Shown: positions 9,078 to 14,604 of the stretch, piece after piece
Position numbering within the stretch: position 1 is the first letter of the stretch
Layout of the letters: every line of letters begins with the position of its first letter
Assembly: GCF_047525415.1 (NCBI RefSeq)
Contig: NZ_JBLIXM010000001.1
Coordinates: 1,395,979 to 1,419,978 of the forward strand
Direction: 5' to 3'
DNA: 24,000 nucleotides
DNA from: Paraglaciecola sp. 2405UD69-4
GTDB taxonomy: Bacteria; Pseudomonadota; Gammaproteobacteria; Enterobacterales; Alteromonadaceae
Notes under the pieces: generated by a model
What the model was told of the DNA's origin: nothing
Seen by the model: the letters and a program-made list of their open reading frames with translations, nothing else
Database searches by the model: none
Program-made: the position numbers and the translations under genes

Positions 9078-9178
9078 AATTCCTTAATAAAAGCATCCTG
9101 AATTACTGTATAGAACAATAAAATTTTATATTTCTTACACTCTTATAATAAGTCTAAAAATGGAGTTGTCCTCTTTCA

Positions 9179-10114
9179 ATGAATAATACAATCTTAGATT
9201 TTGAAATTGATCTTGAATCTGATTATGAAAAAAAATTTTATAGAGACTTAGAAGCGATTTTATTAAATCTTCACAACTCAATTTTCAATTTATACAATAT
9301 TAAAGATGTCAATATATGCTTCAACTTTTCATGGTTAGAAACGGCTAATGCTAGTTGCAAATTATCGAATGATGGAGTCTACAATATTCAAATTAATAGG
9401 GGGATTGTTAATTTGGGATTGTCTATTATAGATGAATATTATGATGTAGAGCATCCTATAAGAGTAGGCGATACAGTATTTAGTTTCGAAACTATTGCAA
9501 TAATATTTGTATGCTTTATTTATGGACACGAACTCTTCCATGCTTTGGCTGGGCATTTGAAGTATATAAAAGATAAAAGATCTAATGGGGTTGAGCCTGA
9601 ATTTGAACCTCTAGAATATGATGCTGATAACCTTAGCGTTATGGCTGTTTACTATTTTGCTAAACAGAGATTTGGAAGTGTTTTAGATGAGTATCAACTT
9701 AAAGAACTCATATTAATTGGACTTTTTTGGCCAATCAGACTTTTAACAGAAAATAATGAGTACATAGGTAGTCTTGACAAGAATACTCACCCAGACTTAC
9801 ATGTTAGGTTGTATACGTGCATTCAAAAAGTGTGTCATTTAGAATGCTCATCCAACATAGACCAGATAGATAAAGTCAAGCTTAAAGAAAATATTGATAA
9901 GCTGTTTAATCCTATTATTGATTTAGAATTAAGATATCTAAAACATCATGAAATAGATTATTCTGATTCATCTCTTTTAAAGTACTTTAAGATGATAGCG
10001 TTAAAGCAAAACGGGCATAATGTGTTGATAGAAGATGAAATACTAGAACTTGATGCTAGGTTAATACTTTTGCGTATCGAGTTAAAACCCTTTAGTCATT
10101 TAACGATAATCTAG
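9179..10114 (+). CDS. Orphan AT-rich hypothetical protein with an HExxH zincin signature (ImmA/IrrE-M78-like or Lit/U49-like metallopeptidase candidate)
   Basis: A 311-aa uninterrupted ORF. H117-E-L-F-H121-ALAG-H126 is followed by E146-Y-D-A-D-N-L-S, which fits the HExxH ... ExxA(N/D) zincin layout. Hand-counted G+C over four 60-nt lines is 18-33%, against about 45% in leuA. TATAAT lies at 9144-9149. A weak GGAG lies 13 nt upstream of the ATG. Confidence 0.6.
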   Translation: MNNTILDFEIDLESDYEKKFYRDLEAILLNLHNSIFNLYNIKDVNICFNFSWLETANASCKLSNDGVYNIQINRGIVNLGLSIIDEYYDVEHPIRVGDTVFSFETIAIIFVCFIYGHELFHALAGHLKYIKDKRSNGVEPEFEPLEYDADNLSVMAVYYFAKQRFGSVLDEYQLKELILIGLFWPIRLLTENNEYIGSLDKNTHPDLHVRLYTCIQKVCHLECSSNIDQIDKVKLKENIDKLFNPIIDLELRYLKHHEIDYSDSSLLKYFKMIALKQNGHNVLIEDEILELDARLILLRIELKPFSHLTII

Positions 10115-10509
10115 AATGGACATATATGGTCAATCCCGTTTGATCAACAGGTTTTTTCTTTTCATACGTTCTAAGGTTACGTTGTCATATCAAGTCTCTT
10201 CCTCACACAAACAGTGTTGGCATACGATAAAATACGGTCTTGTGACATATATCCGGCATCTTTTATGGCGACTTTCTGTTCGCCGTGCCCTCATGAGTTT
10301 CAATTGAAGTCTTATAAGCCTATGCACCCATATTGCCTCGAAGGCAGCTGTCCAGCTGAGGTTCCAAATAAGACATAACCGTTTAAATCATCAATGCTCG
10401 TTACCGTTTGGTGGTGCTGTGTTTAAACAATCTTGTGCCTATTATGCACACGCTTTTTTAACGTCGAATTCAACTTCTTTAGCCATGACTACCCAAATTA
10501 TCCTTGCCC

Positions 10510-10537
10510 AAAAATCTAAAAATCTAAAAATCTAAAA
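10510..10537. repeat. Tandem repeat (AAAAATCT) x3 plus a partial copy
   Basis: Read directly: caAAAATCTAAAAATCTAAAAATCTAAAAtgg. It lies immediately left of the left inverted repeat of the Y1-transposase unit. Confidence 0.85.
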
Positions 10538-10539
10538 TG

Positions 10540-11802
10540 GACACCCAAGATAAATTTGGGTGTTTTTGATAGTTGAACTAGGCTTTTAGGGTTAATTATT
10601 TGAAAGGATTCAATGATGCCCCAGTCTCGTAAATCTCAAGTTAGTTTGTCAGATACCCCTTATTATCATTGTGTGAGTCGTTGTGTACGTCGTTCGTTTT
10701 TGTGTGGCGTGGATAATTATTCAGGCCAAAGTTATGAGCATAGAAGAGGGTGGGTTGAAGATAGGTTGTTGTTTTTAAGCTCTGTCTTTGCCATAGATGT
10801 GTGTGCTTATGCCGTGATGAGTAATCATGTGCATGTGGTGTTACACGTTGATTTAGATAAGGCTCTTTGTTGGAGTGATAAAGACGTGGTCACCCTGTGG
10901 CATAGTCTTTATAGAGGCACCTTACTCACTCAAAAGTTCATGCAAGATGAGGCATTTACACAAGGCGAATGGATAACCTTGAGCGAAACTATTGCAAGGT
11001 ATCGAGAGCGCTTGCATGATATAAGTTGGTTTATGCGCAACCTTAATGAGTTTATAGCCAGAGAGGCGAACAAAGAAGATGATTGTACTGGCCGCTTTTG
11101 GGAAGGACGTTTTAAATCACAAGCCCTTTTAGATGAATCAGCGGTACTGGCTTGTATGGCTTATGTCGACTTAAACCCCATTAGAGCTAGGATGGCAAAC
11201 ACACCTGAAACATCTCACCACACCAGTATTAAAAAGCGCACCCAAGCCATTAAAGAAGATAATAGCCAACCCCACCAACTGATGCCTTTTGTTGGCCACC
11301 CCAGAGAAAACATGCCCAAGGGCATCGCTTTTTCGTTAAAAGATTACTGTGAATTAGTGGATACAACAGGGCGAATTATCAGAAAAGACAAAGCAGGGTA
11401 CATAGACCATCATCATAGCCCTATTTTGCGAAGATTAGGACTAGACAGCGAACAATGGATAACCCTTACCACAGAGTTCGAACAGCACTTTTACTATGCT
11501 GCAGGCAGTGAGCATATGATGCGAGTATTTGCGAGGCACACCCGTCACACACGCATACGAGGGATAGGTAAGGCTAAGACCTTACTCAAACGCGCATAGC
11601 TTTAATACTTAAACAAACACCGTTCAAACAAATCTACCATTAAGTCTTCGCTCGGCTGCAATTCAGGTAAATAGACCAATTTTATCAACTAAACATAGGT
11701 GTTCAGAATATCTAGGTAAGGGCTCAATACAGAGCCAAAGAATCAACCCATTTATTGGCACTTATATGGACGCATTTATGTAAGTATTTTATCTTGGGTG
11801 TC
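10540..11802 (+). mobile_element. Candidate 1263-bp mobile unit: HUH/Y1 transposase gene bracketed by perfect 15-bp inverted repeats (REP/RAYT-like arrangement)
   Basis: GACACCCAAGATAAA at 10540-10554 is exactly the reverse complement of TTTATCTTGGGTGTC at 11788-11802. The left copy is part of a hairpin, ACACCCAA(10541-10548)/TTGGGTGT(10556-10563), followed by TTTT. I see no target-site duplication. Confidence 0.5.
10613..11599 (+). CDS. HUH-superfamily Y1 tyrosine transposase, IS200-like / REP-associated (RAYT-like, COG1943 type) with a long C-terminal extension
   Basis: It has the HUH motif in AVMSNHVHVVLHV and the catalytic-Tyr motif in MAYVDLNPIRARMA. The N-terminus, YHCVSRCVRRSFLCG, is typical of this family. 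328 aa and apparently intact. The start is ATG 10613 or 10616. Confidence 0.85.
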   Translation: MMPQSRKSQVSLSDTPYYHCVSRCVRRSFLCGVDNYSGQSYEHRRGWVEDRLLFLSSVFAIDVCAYAVMSNHVHVVLHVDLDKALCWSDKDVVTLWHSLYRGTLLTQKFMQDEAFTQGEWITLSETIARYRERLHDISWFMRNLNEFIAREANKEDDCTGRFWEGRFKSQALLDESAVLACMAYVDLNPIRARMANTPETSHHTSIKKRTQAIKEDNSQPHQLMPFVGHPRENMPKGIAFSLKDYCELVDTTGRIIRKDKAGYIDHHHSPILRRLGLDSEQWITLTTEFEQHFYYAAGSEHMMRVFARHTRHTRIRGIGKAKTLLKRA

Positions 11803-12088
11803 TTAATAGAAAAGAGGGGCTGCTGTTCTCTCCTTCAAATACGCTGTCTTTTTTACATAGTGAATCTGTTAAGTTTTGATAAAGCCACTTTAATGAACGC
11901 CTGATTGATATGACAGTTAACCCAAATGCTTTACTTTTATGGAGAGTTAATAAATCGTTATAAATCAGTCGGTAACATAATGTGACAGCTAAGCTGTCGT
12001 ATGACAAAATGCAAGCTGGCATATTACTGGCGGCGTAATACTTGCGAATAAATACTACATTAGCATCATCAACTTAATAAGGATAACG

Positions 12089-12505
12089 ATGATGAAAAGC
12101 GACATATTGAATAGTAAAAAATTGGGCTATAAAATTTATTTTCGAGATGGTGATAATCAAATAGCATGTTTTGGTAGTTACTTTACAGGGAAGGAAGAGG
12201 TTTATGTAAATGACGAATTGGTAAGTAGTAAACGTAGTTTAGGCATTAGCAGTAGCCATAAATTTGAGTTTGAAGGCAGTACTTATCAAGTTGTTTTTAA
12301 TGTGCAGAATATTCTAATAGGGACTCTAGTATGTTCTCTATCAAAAAATAGTAAATTGATAGAAGAGCAAAAGCACTATCCTTATCCTTTAGTCAGTTCT
12401 CCCAAAAATGCCGTGTTATTTATAGGTGGTTGTTTTTTATTTGGGGCCTTGAGTGGTTATGGCATCTTTACTATTGTAGCGGCAATCGCAAAATTAGGAG
12501 GTTAA
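12089..12505 (+). CDS. Hypothetical membrane-anchored protein (soluble N-terminal domain of about 105 aa plus a C-terminal hydrophobic segment)
   Basis: 138 aa. The C-terminal stretch AVLFIGGCFLFGALSGYGIFTIVAAIA is strongly hydrophobic. Its stop (12503-12505) lies 4 nt before the next ATG, and that gene's AGGAGG SD lies inside its last codons. I recognise no family. Confidence 0.6.
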   Translation: MMKSDILNSKKLGYKIYFRDGDNQIACFGSYFTGKEEVYVNDELVSSKRSLGISSSHKFEFEGSTYQVVFNVQNILIGTLVCSLSKNSKLIEEQKHYPYPLVSSPKNAVLFIGGCFLFGALSGYGIFTIVAAIAKLGG

Positions 12506-12509
12506 GCAT

Positions 12510-12827
12510 ATGCAACTAAATCCTAATGCGATAAAAGCGCTGAGACAAAAACATAACTGGACACAGCAACACCTAGCTGACGCATGCGATGTGAGTTTGC
12601 GTACAATCCAAAGAGTTGAAAAGGAAGGAGTGGCGTCTAAAGAGACAACCATGAGCTTAAGTGCGGTTTTTGAGGTTCGCCAGGGTGAATTAATTAAATT
12701 AGATGACACTAATCACCTAAAACAAGATAGCCCCGAAAAAATTAGAAACCTCTACTTGATAGTGACCTTAAGTTCGCTGCTTAGCTTTGGCTTAGGTATG
12801 GGGAGTGTGTTCTTTTTTATAAGGTGA
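12510..12827 (+). CDS. XRE-family helix-turn-helix protein with a C-terminal transmembrane helix
   Basis: IKALRQKHNWTQQHLADACDVSLRTIQRVEKEG is a classic Cro/C1-type HTH. The C-terminus, LYLIVTLSSLLSFGLGMGSVFFFI, is a predicted TM helix. A strong SD (AGGAGG, 12496-12501) lies 8 nt upstream of the ATG. Confidence 0.8.
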   Translation: MQLNPNAIKALRQKHNWTQQHLADACDVSLRTIQRVEKEGVASKETTMSLSAVFEVRQGELIKLDDTNHLKQDSPEKIRNLYLIVTLSSLLSFGLGMGSVFFFIR

Positions 12828-12996
12828 GGTGTTTCATCAAGCATAATGAAAAATCGAGGCTTTTTTGCTTGTCACTATTGGGAATTCACTATGTGCTCAA
12901 GTTTTGCCTTTTTATGCAGTTTTTGTATGTTTATAGTCTGCTTTAGTTATTGCTGACAATGTTGTTTATTTCTGTCAATTTAAATGCAACTCACCT

Positions 12997-13055
12997 ATGT
13001 AAAAATTACATATTGAGTGAAAAACTGTCTGCACAGCCTCTTTGGTTTTTCACTC
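12997..13055. promoter_or_regulatory. Two adjacent perfect dyads upstream of the OMP gene: ATGTAA-AAA-TTACAT (12997-13011) and GAGTGAAAAAC-N19-GTTTTTCACTC (13015-13025 / 13045-13055)
   Basis: Read directly from the sequence. They lie about 180-240 bp upstream of the ATG at 13235, within a 400-bp non-coding gap. The function (operator, or RNA hairpin in a 5' UTR) is inferred. Confidence 0.35.
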
Positions 13056-13234
13056 CTCAAACCCTGATTTTTACTATGTTTGCTTGTTAAATAGCCAAAA
13101 GTTGGGCTCCAATGCTGTTTTTGGTTGGTTTTTGTTCATCTCGGGTGTGGGCATGGGGTTTGCTCTTAGTTATTTGAATTCAATGCTGTTAACTCAGTAT
13201 TCACTTCACTTTAATTTACTAAGAGGTAATCTAA

Positions 13235-13813
13235 ATGAAACACAAAACTAAAATTCTAACTAGCCTTACTGCCATTGCGTTTGCTGCGTCTTTTAATCTG
13301 CATGCACAAAGTAATTCAAGCGAGGATCTCAACGGCAGTGGATTTTACGTAGGTGGTAATTATGGTTATCTGCGGGTTGAAGGTGACGATGACTTTGATG
13401 ATGATAAAGATGTTTATGAAGGGATAATTGGTTATCGGTTTAATCAATATATTGCCCTAGAGGGGAGTTATATTGATTTCGGTAATTATGGTACCGAGTT
13501 CGCTAGGGCAGACGTTGATGGTTACACTGCTGCTATAAAAGGTAGTTTACCCATTACTAATAGGGTCGCTTTGTTTGTTAAAGCGGGGCAGCTTTGGTCT
13601 GAAACTGATTATAACGCCCTTGATCTTACCCGAGAAGTTGATGACACCAGTGTATTTTTAGGTGGTGGTGTAACAGTTAATCTTTCTCCAAATTTTGCTC
13701 TGAATGCTACCTACAGTGTTTATGATACTAGCCTAGAATTTGATGATGTAGATGATGAAAACTTTGACACTGATTTTAAGCAAGCCAGCATAGGTGTTGA
13801 ATATCGTTTCTAG
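13235..13813 (+). CDS. Outer-membrane beta-barrel protein (OmpA-like/'porin family' 8-stranded barrel type)
   Basis: There is a signal peptide (MKHKTKILTSLTAIAFAASFNLHA). It shows an alternating aromatic/glycine beta-strand pattern (GFYVGGNYGY, GIIGYRF, ALEGSYIDFG, ALFVKAGQLW, VFLGGGVTVNL, ALNATYSVY) and the C-terminal OMP signature GVEYRF. GAGG lies upstream of the ATG. Confidence 0.8.
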   Translation: MKHKTKILTSLTAIAFAASFNLHAQSNSSEDLNGSGFYVGGNYGYLRVEGDDDFDDDKDVYEGIIGYRFNQYIALEGSYIDFGNYGTEFARADVDGYTAAIKGSLPITNRVALFVKAGQLWSETDYNALDLTREVDDTSVFLGGGVTVNLSPNFALNATYSVYDTSLEFDDVDDENFDTDFKQASIGVEYRF

Positions 13814-13921
13814 TAGAGTCTAAGGTAATGTCATCAGCTTGTTAGCTGGTGACTTACTACCTACTTGTATAGTAAATCTAGCGGCTGTTTAGTTTTTGTG
13901 GGCCAAAAAATTAAGTCAAAT

Positions 13922-14596
13922 TCACATTAGTTCTTTAAGTTTTTTCTCTCCGTATTTTTGCTGCGCTAACAGGAGTTCGGCCGTGGCTATGGCGTCGTTT
14001 AAGGCGTTGTGGGCAAAATGGTTAGGTAAACCGTGTTTTTTTCTGAGGGCAGATAAGCGCAATTCTTGGGGATCGTAAGCTATATCCCGTTGATCAAGTT
14101 TACGCTTGGCCAAGGCTAGGGTATCTAGCATCATAAAAGGTGGCGATACTCCGTATAACTCTATACAGGCTTGCTTTAAAAATTGTTTTTCTATACGAGC
14201 AAAATGTACCAACATTACCCTTCCGGCAAGCGCTTGCAACAAAGCCTCAATGACTTCTTGTAATGGTTTACCGGCGGATTTTTGCTGGTCGGTTATTTGA
14301 TGAATAACCACATTGTCGGCTTCAAGATTTTGTTTTGTATTAATGATTTGGTGATAGCTACTGCCTAACTTTATCTTTTGCTTATCTATGCTTACAAAGC
14401 CAACGCTGAGTAGTTTGTCGGTTAAGGCATTTAACCCTGTGGTTTCAAAATCTACTGACAAAATAGGTAATTCTGATAGACGGGTATGCTCGTCAGGAAA
14501 GGGCACAGATAAAAAATCGTGCAAGGCACCTTTCGGGACTTTTTTTAAGAGTCTTTTTCTTTGTGCCTCGTAGCCAAATAAACAATTAAATAGCAT
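13922..14596 (-). CDS. DEDDh-type 3'-5' exonuclease (DNA polymerase III epsilon-like domain)
   Basis: Exo I is ILSVDFETTGL. The Exo II-like motif is MLVHFARIEKQFL, with Glu where Asp is usual. Exo III is HNALNDAIATAELL. The ATG lies 8 nt after the stop of the upstream DUF294-type gene, with GGAG overlapping that stop. Confidence 0.85.
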   Translation of the reverse strand: MLFNCLFGYEAQRKRLLKKVPKGALHDFLSVPFPDEHTRLSELPILSVDFETTGLNALTDKLLSVGFVSIDKQKIKLGSSYHQIINTKQNLEADNVVIHQITDQQKSAGKPLQEVIEALLQALAGRVMLVHFARIEKQFLKQACIELYGVSPPFMMLDTLALAKRKLDQRDIAYDPQELRLSALRKKHGLPNHFAHNALNDAIATAELLLAQQKYGEKKLKELM

Positions 14597-14604
14597 AGCC
14601 GCTC

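Noticed and set aside
9104-9119. SOS-box-like sequence TACTGTATAGAACAAT upstream of the orphan HExxH gene
   Set aside because: Only the left half (TACTGTATA) matches the LexA consensus CTGT-N8-ACAG. The right half reads CAAT rather than ACAG, so it is not a credible LexA site.
8588-10115. Integron cassette/attC interpretation of the IR-bounded element and the promoter-poor orphan ORF
   Set aside because: I could not find the RYYYAAC...GTTRRRY core-site pair in the expected positions, and no intI gene is in the window. The flanking IS relic offers a simpler explanation.
10116-10307. 63-aa plus-strand ORF after the orphan gene
   Set aside because: It has no RBS and an arbitrary Arg/Ser/Leu-rich translation, and it lies in DNA that looks like a decayed minus-strand gene.
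10510-10537. Short tandem repeat considered as a CRISPR or other array
   Set aside because: The unit is only 8 bp, the copies are contiguous with no spacers, and there are no cas genes. It is a simple microsatellite-like repeat.
10541-10567. Hairpin plus TTTT interpreted as a simple rho-independent terminator
   Set aside because: There is no intact upstream plus-strand gene for it to terminate. Its left arm is exactly the 15-bp sequence repeated in inverse orientation on the other side of the Y1 transposase gene. I therefore report it as part of the mobile/REP-like unit. A secondary insulating terminator role remains possible.
11789-12022. 77-aa minus-strand ORF (MPACILSYDSLAVTLCYRLIYNDLLTLHKSKAFGLTVISIRRSLKW...)
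   Set aside because: The spacing faintly resembles the N-terminal HTH of IS630-type transposases (AYSxDLR...A..FGVS...V.RW). But it has no RBS, its last six codons read into the right inverted repeat of the Y1 unit, and I cannot verify the similarity without a search. It is not called as a gene; it may be a relic.
13042-13251. 69-aa ORF upstream of and overlapping the OMP start
   Set aside because: It has a non-ATG start and no SD, overlaps the OMP start codon out of frame, and lies in a region better explained as a regulatory leader.
13841-13862. Hairpin TCATCAGCT-TGTT-AGCTGGTGA between the convergent OMP and exonuclease genes, as a bidirectional terminator
   Set aside because: The stem (9 bp with one G-U) is plausible, but there is no U-tract on either strand. 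It is too weak to call.
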